Shown in pieces: positions 1 to 12,730 of a DNA stretch of 64,000 nt; position 1 is the stretch's first letter; each line of letters begins with the position of its first letter. Made by a program: the position numbers and the translations under genes. The notes beneath the pieces are model-generated. The model worked only from the letters and a program-made list of their open reading frames with translations. It had not been told where the DNA came from and searched no databases. Source of the DNA: Squalus acanthias (Eukaryota); NCBI GenBank assembly GCA_030390025.1, contig JASTWF010000362.1:186001-250000 (forward strand). Direction: 5' to 3'.

Positions 1-74
1 ACATTCCGCAGGGTAATCTGGGAACCATAGGCTATTTCAAGAGGTTGACCTTGTGTGATCCTTGCGAGGCCGCC
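1..74 (-). CDS. POMT1: POMT1 exon 10 (partial, runs off window start)
   Basis: Acceptor ttgcag| then [24 protein letters not shown], matching the remembered POMT1 segment; phase 0 fits exon 9. Confidence 0.93.
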
Positions 75-321
75 CTGCAAAGGAAACCAAGTGTAACTTT
101 CTCATCCGCTTGGGAAATCATGTTCAAATATTATATTTTTTTGATGAACTTTTGCACTTATGAAGTCGAGGGATACCAACCCATTGGAACAGATTATTTC
201 TGCATTCCTCCCTGCCCCAAACGTGCCAGTGTTCTCTCCTGCCCTCCTCCTCTCCTGAAGCTGCTGACTCCTCGCTGGGTATAGTTCCACAGCTGTTATC
301 TGGTACCTCACAATGTGGTCC

Positions 322-630
322 TTCTCATGGCCCCAAGATAGCTGCGCTCCTCTAATTCTGGCCTCTTGAGCATCACTGATTTTAATCGCTCAACCATTGG
401 TGGCCGTGCCCTCAGCTGCCAAGGCCCTAAGCTCTGGAAATCCCTCCCTAAACCTCTCCGCCTCTCTTTCCTCCTTTAAGACGCTCCTCTTTGACCAAGC
501 TTTTAGTCATCTGCTCTAATTTCTCCTTATGTGGCTCGGTGTCAAACTTTGTTTATAACGCTCCTATGAAGCACCTTGGGACGTTTTACTAGGTTAAAGG
601 CGCTATATAAATAAAAGTTGTTGTTGTTGT
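322..630 (+). mobile_element. L2-clade LINE 3' end fragment
   Basis: LW(N/K)SLP-type end and (GTT)n tail; similar copies at ~3825-4300, ~56790-57317, ~62780-63120 (+) and ~7660-7862 (-). Confidence 0.75.
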
Positions 631-1185
631 GCGAGCCTCAACCATGAATACTGGCAGACTGTTCAACCAGAGGCCATTGGAACTTAAATTCTAACCCTAC
701 ATCTACACTTCCAACAAGGGTTGCTGTATAACGATCAGGTGCAGGAACCCTGTCTGCTTTCCACCATTCCCAACCAAGGGACAATGAAGCCAACTGCAGT
801 GTTCCTGCTGCCATTCCAGCTACCCAGAACTACTGCTCCTTGAAAATGCTGCTGTTATGAATGACAAACTAGTTCGCTTACCTAAATCACAGCAAGGCAT
901 ATTGCAATTTCAATCAGCATAAAATACGTGTTGCAATTATAATTCGGAACCCTTTTACAGTTGCAATAGTCAATGGAGAAATTCTGTGACGAGTTTAATC
1001 TTCCTGTTAGCCTCGAGGCTGACTAATCTTTGGTGTTACTTGGTGCTTACCAACAGTCTTGATAGCTTGAGTGCATGCTGGTGCCAAATTAAATTGTGTA
1101 TCTAAGGATTGTGCACAAACTCTTGAAAAATTCTTCAAACAACCACAACACTGTGCCGGGAGTCACTTTAGAAACACATTGCTTA

Positions 1186-1505
1186 TCACAGAATCACAGA
1201 ATCCCCACAGTGCAGATAGAGGCCATTTCGGCCCATCGAGCCTGCACCGACACAGATCCCACCCTATCCCCGTAACCCCACGTATTTAATCCCCCCTAAC
1301 ACTAAGGGTCAATTTATCATAGCCAAATCAACCTAACCTGCACATCTTTGGACTGTGGGAGGAAACCGGAGCACCCGGAGGAAACCCACGCAGACACGGG
1401 GAGAATGTGCAAACTCCACACAGACAGTCACCCGAGGCCGGATTCAAACCCGGGTCCCTGGCGCTGTGAGGCAACAGTGCTAACCACTATGCCACCGTGT
1501 TGCCC
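1186..1505 (-). mobile_element. tRNA-derived V-SINE (HE1-like)
   Basis: A box TGGCATAGTGG and B box GGTTTGAATCC on minus; V-domain-like core (GGAAACCGGAGCACCCGGAGGAAACCCACGCAGACACGGGGAGAA on plus); short tandem tail. Confidence 0.8.
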
Positions 1506-1903
1506 ATTATGTGGCAATCAGCAAGAAAAAAGAAACATGCAATGTCTGTTTAAATGTACTGATAAGCCGTATTCACTCCGCATTATCTCAAGAAATAGAC
1601 ATAAACAAGCACAGGAACATAACGAGTGTCAGGCCAGCCTATAACATAAGCATTTCAAACTCGCATCGATTCCTCGCCGTTCCTACTGCTGCTTCCAATC
1701 TTGTGCTCTTCACCTCCCTTCAGCGGTTCCGCAGACGATCCTGCATCTGCACCTTTCACACCGACCCTACCCCGTCAACCCCCAACTGACGTCTTGTAAT
1801 ACAATACTTTCTACATAGTTTTCTTCTCTATCTGCCCCTCTATTAAAAGGTTAAGTACAAAGCAGCGATAACATTGGCCAGCGGACGTAATCAGTGGTCT
1901 TAC

Positions 1904-2059
1904 CTCCAGACTGGCTTGGAACATGCTCGTCATTATTTGGTCGTGTGGTCCAGAGCGGTACAACAAAGTCAGGTGGACATAGAAGAAGCTCAAATATAAG
2001 ATTACTGGGAGGACTAAAAGTGCACAGACCCGGGCCAGCACATGATAAACCACTGTCAC
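1904..2059 (-). CDS. POMT1: POMT1 exon 9 (156 nt)
   Basis: ag/gtaaga boundaries; [52 protein letters not shown]. Confidence 0.96.
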
Positions 2060-2740
2060 CTGTAAGGAGATTGCAACAGAAATTACAAGGATTCAATTTG
2101 GTGGCTAGGGAAACAAAAAAAAATCTAGCCAATTCAAAATACAAGATACAATCAGCTAGCTGGTTTTTGGAATCCACAATGCAAGGACATAGAGTACCTT
2201 TCCCATGCTCAGAGCCCTGCTTTAAGAGGTCATTATAAATTCAGCCAACAAGCAGACAACACACATTAAAAGGTACGATTCAGGACTTGGAATATTTTTT
2301 GCTTGTCCAAGGGGACAAAATAAAAAGAGACAGAGTCCTGGGAATGAGCAACATCTTATAACGAATTCACGAGATCAACTGGCATTGGTTAAAATGCTGT
2401 CAAAACTGAAAATGCATTTGAACCCTGCCATTCAGTGCATTTCCTCTCTATTGATTGGACTGTTATGGTAGTAATATCACGTGGTAGCAATAGTGTTGCT
2501 TCTTTCTCTCCAGGCTACACTTCAGTGGCCAATTAGTACATTTGAACGAGTCTCTCAAAAAAAGTGATCAACTCGTGTTCATGTGGCTTACATTAGAACC
2601 ATCAGAATTTCAAGGCCATCTGAGAGGCTATTCTCCAGAAACCAGGGGCCGGCAGGCATAACTGCGATCAGCATTTCAGACAGGCTTTCCAAACCTGGAG
2701 CCGAAAATTTACAAGCAGTTACAACTGCCTTCTGATTTGA

Positions 2741-3200
2741 AAAGAAAGACTTGCATTTCTATAGCGCCTTTCACGACCACCAGACGTCCCAAAGCGCTTT
2801 ACAGCCAATGAAGTACTTTTTGGAAGTGTAGTTACTGTTGTAATGTAGGAAACACGGCTGCCAATTTGTGCACAGCAAGGTCCCAGAAACAGCAATGCGA
2901 TAATGACCAGATAATCTGTTTTTTTAATTATGTTGATTGAGGGATAAATATTGGCCAGGCTAACTCCCCTGCTCTTCTTCGAAATAGTGTCATGGGATCT
3001 TTTACGTCCACCTGAGAGAGCAGACGGGCCTTGGTTTAACGTCTCATCCGAAAGATGGCCTCTCAGTCAGTGCGGTGCTCCCTCAGCACTGCACTGGGAG
3101 TGTCAGCCTAGATTTTTGTGCTCAAGTCTTTGGAGTGGGACTTGAACCCACAACCTTCTGACTCAGAGGCGAGGGTGCTGCCCACTGAGCCACAGCTGAC
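2741..3200 (-). mobile_element. tRNA-headed DeuSINE (SacSINE1-like)
   Basis: B box GGTTCAAGTCC, Deu-like core GGATGAGACGTTAAACC...AAAAGATCCCATG, L2-like tail. Confidence 0.75.
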
Positions 3201-4483
3201 AATTTAGAAGCAGCTACAATTACCTGCATTTGCCTGCTTAGATTACTTGCCCACGGGGAGTATATGAGCAATGACTTTACATGGCCACCCGCTAGCAGCT
3301 AAGCAGTACAACTGTTCTCCAAACCCCATTCTGCCTGCGAGCATCACTGAGGGAGATCTGCTAGTGTATTTTAGTGTGGAATCTGTCACACGGTTACATG
3401 TGCAAAGTAATCTTTAAAAAAAATTATTGCCTGTGTGATTTTTCTGACCATGGGAGGAACCACTTTACAGCCAGATGCCATTCTGCAGAGAAACAAACAT
3501 CCTCTAATTGACCAGAGAATGGACCCAAGCATTACTACCTTGCTCATATTGCTGTTTGTGGGACCTTGCTGTAAGCAAATTGGCCGCCGCGTTTCCTACG
3601 GTACAACAGTGACTACACTTCAAAAAGTACTTCATCGGTTGTAAAGCACTTTGGGACGTCCTGAAGTCGTGAAAGGTGCTGCAGAAATGCAAGTCTTTCT
3701 TTTCTTTTTACCTTCTAACTGAACTTCGAATGTGCCTATATACAGCATTCAGGCTCTATGGCCTTAATGGAATATTACCTTTACCGTGGTATCAACAATA
3801 CTATATTTGTGTATTATATTCGACTGCCTGTATCCTAACTCGCACCAACATCGTTCATCCATCACCCCTGTGCTCGCTGACCTACATTGGCTCCCGGCTA
3901 AGCAACGTCTCAATTTTAAAATTCTCATCCATGTTTTCAAATCCCTCCATGGCCTCGCCCCTCCCTATCTCTGTAATCTCCTCCACTCCCACATCCCCGA
4001 GATATCTGCGCTCCTCTAATTCTGGCCTCTTGAGCATCCCTGCTTTTAATCACTCAAACATTGGTGGCCGTGCCTTCAGCTGCCTAAGCCCTAAGCTCTG
4101 GAATTCCCTCCCTAAACCTCTCCACCTCTCTCTCCTCCTTTAAGACGCTCCTTAAAACCGACCTCTTTGACCAAGCTTTTGATCATTTGCCCTAATACCT
4201 ACTTCTGTGTCACAGTGTCAAATTTTGTTTTATAACATTCCTGTGAAGTGCCTTGGGACGTTTTACTACATTAAAGGCGCTATATAAATACAAGTTGTTA
4301 TTATATGGTATATTACTCCTGTCCTTATAAAATAGGGTATCCTCTGACTTACCGTAGCAGTGCCACAGGACATCTGCTAGTAAACATGTGCATTCGGGCT
4401 CCAAAATTACTAAACCAATTGATGTACGATACAAAAGCTCCACCGTGGAAAGCTAAATTAGAATCAGTAGCGTAGATACCTAC

Positions 4484-4577
4484 ATTTGATAATGTTGTAT
4501 CACCAATTATCTGCCAAGTATGTACTCCAGCAATAGCCAATAGAAGCAGGTAAGTGAACAAGCCCATATACTTTACC
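4484..4577 (-). CDS. POMT1: POMT1 exon 8 (94 nt)
   Basis: ag/gtaggt; VKYMGLFTYLLLLAIAGVHTWQIIGDTTLSN. Confidence 0.95.
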
Positions 4578-5915
4578 CTGTAAACACACCAAAATAAAAT
4601 CAACTGTAGACCAATGTATAGAAATCCAAAGTTTACACTTTTAATTAAGCTAATAACAGAGGATCTAGCTTTCCGCACTAAAGGGTAAATGATAAGGAAT
4701 CGCCATATAACAGACAGAAAATGCTGCAGCGCTCAGGTTCCAGGGCACTTGAGTTTTTATTTAACTTTTTTTGAAAAGTCAGGATTGAAGTAGAAATGAA
4801 AGTAGAAATGCAATGTTCCCTTTAATTTTTTTTTGGGGGGGGGGGGGGGGGGGGGTCTGCGTGGCCCAAAGTATCGCACATGCGCGGCTTCTCCCGATTG
4901 AAAAGTCGAGCTGCGCAGCTTAAAGAGAACATTGGCGGTATGTGTGCAAAGTGCCCTTAGCTCCTGCAAAGGATCAGTGGGTACATAAACCAGCCAGTAT
5001 GGAATGAGCTCCCAGGTTAGAAAGCAGCTAAAGAGGAGAGGTTGTAAAACTTCAGACTGTTCTCCTTGAAACAGATCAGGTTAAGAGGTGACCTTAGAGG
5101 TTTTCAAGATGATGAGGTTTTGATAGAGTAGAGAGAGAAAAACTATTGCCTCTGGAGAGTGGGTCAATAACATGAGATTATAGATTTAAAATCATTGGCA
5201 AAAGGTCTAGAGGGAGTTTCACTCAGTTGTCAGGATTTGGCACACTCCATCTGAAAAAGGTGGTGGAAGCTGATTCAAAAATAATTTTAAAAAGGAGTTG
5301 GGCAGGTACTTGAGGATGAGGAACTGACAGGGCTACAGACAAAAAGCGGGGATGTGGGACTCAGCACGACTGCTCTTTCAAAGAGCCAGCACAGGCACGA
5401 CGGTTTGAATGGCCTCCTTCTGTGCTGTAAGTTTCCATGATAAAGCTCACCTGATGTGCACACATGAACTTTTCAACAAGGGTCACCAGACAGTGATCGG
5501 GAGTAGGAACCCTGGCTGAATGTTATTCTCCCCTCTTACCCCAGGGAGTACGGAGACCAATTGTAGGGCCCCTAATGCCACCCTGGTTGAGAGCAGCCAA
5601 CACAGCACAGACCGGGCATCACATTCAGGACCTTCCTAGTTCTAATGGCTCAGCAACATGCCAGGTGCGCAAAGGGAGAGCCCAAATTTCCATTTCTACT
5701 TCATCACCTGGTCCTTAATTGTATTAAAATGAAGACAATACCCCGTAGATTATGCAAATTGCAGGTTGGAGCTGTGCAATAATTTTAGCTTTTCAGAGAG
5801 AGGTTAGATTCAAGAACATTAATTCAGCTGCCACCTTCTCTTGTTCAGCCTGCAGCAGTGTCACTCGAGCAGATGAGCTGCAGCTGCCAGTTTGAAGATG
5901 TGCGAAGGAACTCAC

Positions 5916-5981
5916 CCGATAGCGAGTGCACACGCTATTCCGGTTAGGAAAAGCCAAGACCACCACCTCACCGAGAACGGG
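5916..5981 (-). CDS. POMT1: POMT1 exon 7 (66 nt)
   Basis: ag/gtgagt; [22 protein letters not shown]; phases 2/2 consistent. Confidence 0.95.
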
Positions 5982-6078
5982 CTGAAACAAACCACAATTG
6001 ACATGAGGCATTACCTTCTTTGTCGCGTTCTTTCCCATGGTCACAACATGAAGGCACCACACGAATGCTTTATCATAC

Positions 6079-6190
6079 CTGCGTCTCTGCATATTGTAGA
6101 ATTTCAGATAAGACAAAACTGCCAGCAGTACAAAGAAAATGAGAACGGATTCCAGGAGCATAAACCGTGACTGGGTTATTAAGGAGTTTT
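6079..6190 (-). CDS. POMT1: POMT1 exon 6 (112 nt)
   Basis: ag/gtatga; [37 protein letters not shown]. Confidence 0.96.
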
Positions 6191-6351
6191 CTGTTTCGGA
6201 AAGAAAAGAATGGAGCATAACTACAGCACTGGAACTAATCCGAAATACTGCACAAACGTTTTTGAGCTGACATCAATACTTATAAAGCAGATACCACACA
6301 GCAATGTAAATGAACCAACCACATACACACAAATGACAAAATTGAGTAAAA

Positions 6352-6540
6352 AAAGCAAAATACTGCGGATGCTGGAAATTTGAAATAAAGCCAGAAAATG
6401 CTGAAAATGCTCAGCAGGTCAGGCAGTCTCTCTGGAGGGAGAAACATTAATGTTTCAGGTCAATGAAACTTTAACTCGGTTTCTCTCTCCACAGATGCTG
6501 CCTGACCTGCTGAGTATTTCCAGCATTTTCTGTTTTTATA
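6352..6540. mobile_element. Inverted pair of Penelope-like terminal repeats
   Basis: CAGAAAATGCTG..CTCAGCAGGTCAGGCAG mirrored by CTGCCTGACCTGCTGAG..CAGCATTTTCTG; same family as 22870-22970. Confidence 0.75.
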
Positions 6541-7114
6541 ACAAAGTTGAGTGTTCAGCTTAGCTTGGTGCACAAGCCATATAAACAGAACCTTGCCAAC
6601 GATCCTCTGGCATTTCATATTGTATAGTTTTAAAAATTGATCTGAATAGTTCAACGTACTTCTGTGGAATACAAGAAAAATAACCTTGCAGGTAATGCTA
6701 TTCCCCCCCACCCCGGGGCAGCGTAAGAAATTGGTGCCACTGGTGAAATGGGGATTGAAATGGTCCGTGGATTAATGATTGTAAAAGCTCCAAATAATGG
6801 TTAGTAATCTGAGATAACAGTTACATAGCAAGCGAAGGGGAATGGGAATTGAAAAATAAATCAGGGGTACTGTCTTTATGTAAAATTGAATTATTATAAT
6901 TGTACAGGATGTGCTATCTCATTCTGTACACATGTAAAAAGGGATTCCCCACACTGCACCAACGAACGAGTACAATGCTATACATCATCTTAACCCCCAG
7001 TATCAGCCATGAAACAACAATTCCCACATTCTACACACTGCAATGTTTGCTAAAAAAAAAGGCAGGTCACAACTTGAATGCCACATTTCCCTTTGTAATT
7101 GTTGTAGCTCTTAC

Positions 7115-7261
7115 CGAACATGATAAGAAGGGCAGCGATAAGAGCCGAGAAGTGTGAATACTTAAGCTCGACGATGATCTGGTATGCCAGCGAGATGCAG
7201 AGTGCACCAGCTAGAGCTGGAAAGAGCCTCAGGTTCCAAACTGGGACGTTCCCAGTGTATT
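7115..7261 (-). CDS. POMT1: POMT1 exon 5 (147 nt)
   Basis: ag/gtaaga; [49 protein letters not shown]. Confidence 0.95.
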
Positions 7262-7659
7262 CTGAGATAAAGAAAACACAAATGTTACCGTGTTACAATA
7301 ATATACTGTTCCAACTGGTCGAAAAGGAAGATTACCCACCGTCATTGTAAACTTCCCCCGCTCCTTGCCTGACGCTCCAGTTCCACAGAAAACAGAACGG
7401 GAGAAACCACGGAATCCTGCCCGTTCCACAAGTTCGGCAAAATACACAAGGATTCCGCACGGTTTAAACTGACTCATTCTGACTTGCTTGCCTCGGACAT
7501 TTCAAACAGGTGTCAGCAGAGTGATCGTCGCGAGAAGGGAGAACTTACATAATATATTTACCAACTCCAAATCAGAGAGAAAAACAGAGGGGAAAATGGG
7601 GCAGCTTTGGTCAGTGGAAGATGAACTTCAATCAAAGGCTAAGGAAAAGCATACCAAAG

Positions 7660-9700
7660 TAAACAACAACATGCATTTAAATAGATCCTTTAACGTAGTA
7701 AAACGTCCCAAGGCGCTTCACAGGAGCATTAGCAAACAAAATTTGACACAGAGCCACATAAGGAGCTATTAGGACAGGGTTTAAAGGAGCGTCTTAAAGG
7801 AGGAAGGAGAGGTAGAAAGACGGAGAGGTTTAGGGAGGGAATTCCAGTGCTTAGGGCCTTGGTAAGAAAGAAAGACTTGCATTTATATAGTGCCTTTCAC
7901 GACCACCGGACGTCTCAAAGCGCTTTACAGCCAATGAAGTACTTTTGAAGTGTAGTCACTGTTGTAATGTAGGAAACACGGCAGCCAATTTGCGCACAGC
8001 AAGCTCCCACAAACAGCAATGTGATAATGACCAGATAATCTGTTTTTGTTATGTTGATTGAGGGATAAATATTGACCAGGACACCGGGGATAACTCCCCT
8101 GCTCTTCTTCGAAATAGTGCCATGGGATCTTTTACGTCCACCTGAGAGAGCAGACAGGGCCTCGGTTTAACGTCTCATCTGAAAGATGGCACCTCCGTCA
8201 GTGCAGCACTCCCTCAGCACTGCACTGGAGTGTCAGCCTAAAGTCCCTGGAGTGGGACTTGAACCCACAACCTTCATGATACAAAGCTAGGTGGCAGTGT
8301 CAGTTGCGAAGAGGATGTGAAGAGGCTTCAAGGGGATCTCGACAGGCTCAGTGAATGGGCGAGAACATGGCAGATGGAATATAATGTGGATAAATGTGAA
8401 GTTATCCACTTTGGTAGAAAAAACAGAAAGGCAGAGTATTTCCTAAATGGTGAAAGATTGGGGAATGCAGATGCTCAAAGGGACCTTGGTGTCCTTGTAC
8501 ATGAGTCACTGAAAGTGAATGTGCAGGTGCAGCAAGCCATTAGGAAGGCAAATGGTATGCTGGCCTTCATTACAAGAGGATTTGAGTACAGGAGTAAAGA
8601 AGTCTTACTCCAATTATATAGGGCCTGGTGAGACCACACCTGGAGTACAATTTTCATCTCCTTACCTAAGGAAGGATATACTTGCCATAGAGGGAGTGCA
8701 ACGAAGGTTCACGAGATTGATTCCTGGGATGGCGGGACTGTCATGTGAGAAGAGATTGAGTAAACTAGGCCTGTATTCTCTTGAATTCAGAAGAATGAGA
8801 GGGGAACTCATTGAAGCATACAAAATTATTACAGAGCTTGATAGGATGGATGCTGGGAGAATGTTTCCCTTGGCTGGGGAGTCTAGAACCAGGAGCCACA
8901 GCCTCAGGATAAAGGGTAGGCTATTCAGGACTGAGATGAGAAGAAATTTCTTCACACAGAGGGTGGTGAATCTTTGGAATTCTCTACCCCAGAGGGCTGT
9001 GGCGGCTCAGTCATTGGGTATATTCAAAACAGAAGTCGATAGATTTCTGACTAGTAAGGGCATCAAGGGATATGGCGATAGGGCCGGTGAATGGAGTTGA
9101 GGCAGAAGATCAGCCATGATCTCATTGAATGGCGGAGCAGGCTCGAAGGGCCGAATGGCCTACTGCTGCTCCTATTTCTTATATTATGTTCTTCTGACTC
9201 AGAGGCGAGTGTGCTACCAACTGAGCCACAGCTGACACCGGTAGCTAAAGGCATGGCTGCCAACGGTGGAGCGATGAAAATCAGAGATGAGCAAGAGAAG
9301 TGGCCAGGGAGAGGGATGGAGTAGGTGGCTAGAGAACAGAATTTGTGGCATGGAATGAAGACAATGGCTTCGGTCATCCCAATATTTAATTGGAGGAAAC
9401 GTCCGCTCATCCAATACAGGATGTCGGACAAGCAGCATGACAAATCAGAGGCAGTGAAGGGGTCGAGAGAGGTGGCAGTGAGGTAGAGCTGGGTGTCATC
9501 AGCGTATATATGGAACCTGATGATGTGTTTTCGGATGATGTCGCCGAGGGGCAGCATTTGGATGAGGAGGGGAGCCAAGGATAGATCCTTGGGGCACTCC
9601 AGAGGTAACAGTGCAGGAGCGGGAAGAGAAGCCATTGCAGTTGATTCTCTGGCTATGACTGGATAGATAGGAATGGAACCTAGCCCTGATTGGGTGCACC
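7660..9700. mobile_element. Nested stack: L2 (-) interrupted by DeuSINE (-, ~7865-9240), itself interrupted by CR1 (+, ~8276-9190)
   Basis: Each host sequence resumes exactly after the guest; the CR1 RT remnant is in ORFs 8317-8631 and 8519-9100. Confidence 0.8.
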
Positions 9701-10716
9701 CAATGCCAGGCCACCAAGCTGATTTTCTGATGTTCTCTGCCTGCCAGCTTGGCCAGTGGTGGTACTACTGAGCCACTCTTGGTGGTGCACATTGAAATCC
9801 CCCATCCAGAGTACATTCTGTGGCTGGATGGATGCAGTGGGAACAACACTCAAGAAACTCGACACCATCCAGGACACGTGTTTGCTTGATTACTGCCTCT
9901 GTTGTTAGAATCAATATCCACCCCTTTCCACCAGTGGCACACTGCAGCTACAGTATGCACGATCTAGAGCATTGCAGCAAATCACTAAGGTTGCAATTGA
10001 CAGCACCTCCCTCCTCTGTCACCTTTGCCACCAAGATCATAAAGAACATAAGAAACAGGAGTAGGACATACAGCCGCTGGTGCCTGCTCCACCATTCAAT
10101 AAGATCATGGCTGAACCTCTATCGACCCCCACCCTACTTCATCTCACACTATCAGCATCACCTTCTATTCCTTGCTCCCTCATGCACCTATCCAGCGTCC
10201 CAAAAGATCAAGAGCAGCAATGCTATGGGAACATATACCAGCCTGACGAACATATATCGTCAGTGCATAACCGTCAACAGTAGCTACAAACCTCAACAAG
10301 AAGAAAATCGAATGGGCAACAACCCAGGCATATCAGCACAAGACTAAGGCAACCTCAGCCTAGCTCAGCTTCTGACTAACATTTCACGGCTGGTGCCTGG
10401 GTTGGGAGAGCTGTCCCACTGAGTTAAACAACAGCTTAATGCAGAATCAGATCCATCAGCTAACGACCGAGACTCCTCTATTACCATACCTGTATGGTAA
10501 TTATTCCGGTGCTAGCCCGCAAATTACCAGATTTATTGAATTTAATTTCACAATTTGCCATGGTGGAGAATTGGAATTCATGACCTCTGAGTTGCTAGTC
10601 CAGTACCATCATCACTAGGCCACCGTTCCCTCAGCGGTGTTAAATCAACCTGTGTCAATGTAAAATCAAATGTCCTCAAAACACATCCTAGTATTTGTTG
10701 CTAGATGCATTTTGTT

Positions 10717-11040
10717 TTATTCATTCCTGGGATGTGGGCGTCGTTGACAAGGCCGGCATTTATTGCCCATCCCTAATTGCCCTCGAGAAGGTGGTGGTGA
10801 GCCGCCGCCTTGAACCACTGCAGTCCATGTGGTGAAGGTGCTCCCACAGTGCTGTTAGGGAGGGAGTTCCAGGATTTTGTCTCAGCGACGATGAAGGAAC
10901 GGCGATATATTTCCAAGTCAGGATGGTGTGTGACTTAAAAGGGGAACTTGGAGGTGGTGGTGGTGTTCCCATGCGTCTGCTGCCCTTGTACTTACTTCTA
11001 GGTGGTAGAGGTCGCGGGTTTGGGAGATGCTGTTGAAGCA
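10717..11040 (-). mobile_element. LINE 3' end fragment of a further family (second copy ~17000-17200)
   Basis: Near-identical ATTCATTC..GGGATGTGGGCGTCG..GCCCATCCCTAATT..CTCGAGAAGGTGGTGG at both sites. Confidence 0.6.
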
Positions 11041-11573
11041 TATTCAGATATTACTTGCCTAAATATTTCTTTTAACTATGTGCTGGTTTACAGCTTGGCT
11101 TGAAGCTCATTACAACCCCATTTCTCTTATCCATATGTCCTTAATTTTGTAATGACTGAGATCCAATACAGATGCAGCACTGTCAAAATGCACGAGCAGT
11201 AAAGTGTACCCACACTTTCTTTTAAATTAAAGTCACACTGCCAGAGACGAGACACTCTGCCACTATCTGATACCCGCTTATCAGATCAACCTCAGAAGTT
11301 AGAAATATCATGATTATGGCTACTCAAGTAAGTCTTGCATAAGTAAAAGAATTACTGCCTTTAACACTCTTCAGTGGGGACTGGCATGAACCGAGCCCAA
11401 GGTTCTAGTTAGAGCCAGTAGGTGGCATGTGTACAACAGATTAAAAGATGTTTCATGTGAGCTTTTGCTCTCGATTTTCACTTATGTGCAGCGTCACTTA
11501 GCTTGGGCCATCACATTACTGCTCACGGCCAGCACAATAAACGCAATAGCGAAAAAGAACGAGTGACTCCTAC

Positions 11574-11624
11574 CTGCGCCAATTCTGTTCCAAGCAAAGT
11601 TCCCATCAAAACCACCAAAATATG
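11574..11624 (-). CDS. POMT1: POMT1 exon 4 (51 nt)
   Basis: ag/gtagga; AYFGGFDGNFAWNRIGA. Confidence 0.95.
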
Positions 11625-12091
11625 CTGGAAATGAAACGCCAAAGACATGCATAGCAATTAGTACTTCTTAAAAAGAAACTAATACCAAGTTCTTTCGCAG
11701 ATCCTTCGCAACTTTATACTTTTGAAAATAGACAGAAAAACAGAATCAAGTTTCTTAGTATTATCAAAAAGGTCACCGCTTCACCATGGCTGGAGAGAGT
11801 CTCAATGACCAAATTGCAATTTTAACTTTGCTTTCTGCCAATGGTGTGCGTTACTACTCCCGTACTTGTGCACTTTGAGTTATTATACTCCCATTACCTA
11901 CCTGTACTATCTGGTAAAAGAAAGACTTGCATTTATATAGCGCCTTTCACGACCACCGGATGTCCCAAAGCACTTTATAGCCAATGAAGTACTTTTGAAG
12001 TGTAGTCACTGTTGTAATGTAGGAATTATATTATTTCCCGTGCTCTAAAAGGTGTTTGACATGCTATGGGCAGAAGCCCTCTGATACCTTT

Positions 12092-12527
12092 CTCAGTGGG
12101 TCGCACTCTCGCCTCGGAGTCAAAAGGTTGTGGGTTCAAGTCCCACCCCAGTGACTTGAGCACAAAATCTAGGCCGACACTCTCAGTGCAGTACTGCACT
12201 GTCGGAGGTGCCGTCTTTCAGGTGAGACGTTAAACCGAGGCCCGTCTGCTCTCTCAGATGGATGAAAAAGATCCCACGGCACTATTTCGAAGAAGAGCAG
12301 GGAGTTTTCCCCGGTGTCCTGGCCAATACTTATCTCTCAATCAACATCACTAAAAACAGATTATCTGGTCATTATCACATCGCTGTACGTGGGATCATGC
12401 TGTGTGCAAACTGACTGCTGCTTACAGCAGTGACAACACTTCAAAAGTACTTCATTGGCTATAAAGCGCTTTGGGACATTCCGAGATTGTGAAAAGCGCT
12501 GTAGAAATGCAAGTCTTTCTTTCTTTT
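12092..12527 (+). mobile_element. DeuSINE (SacSINE1-like)
   Basis: Same family as 2741-3200; more copies at ~18773-19200 (+), ~26616-26960 (-), ~57813-58220 (+), ~63478-64000 (+). Confidence 0.75.
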
Positions 12528-12730
12528 AGTGTACATGAATGTCAATGGGCTATTTGATCAAGGCAGCCTAATCCTTCACATACACTGGATAACCATCAGG
12601 AGTGGGAACTTTGGCACATTCAGCCTTTCCCAGACCAGTCATGCTGAAGGGCAACTGGAGCGCTCCAGTATCACCTGCCTGTTTCTAAGGTCCCGCCTCC
12701 TCTCTGAGCTCCTCAACTGCTTCATCGCCT

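Noticed and set aside
1430..1505. tRNA gene-like A/B boxes (also ~12092-12150, ~18775-18835, ~63480-63545)
   Set aside because: They are SINE heads, continuous with SINE bodies, with no full cloverleaf.
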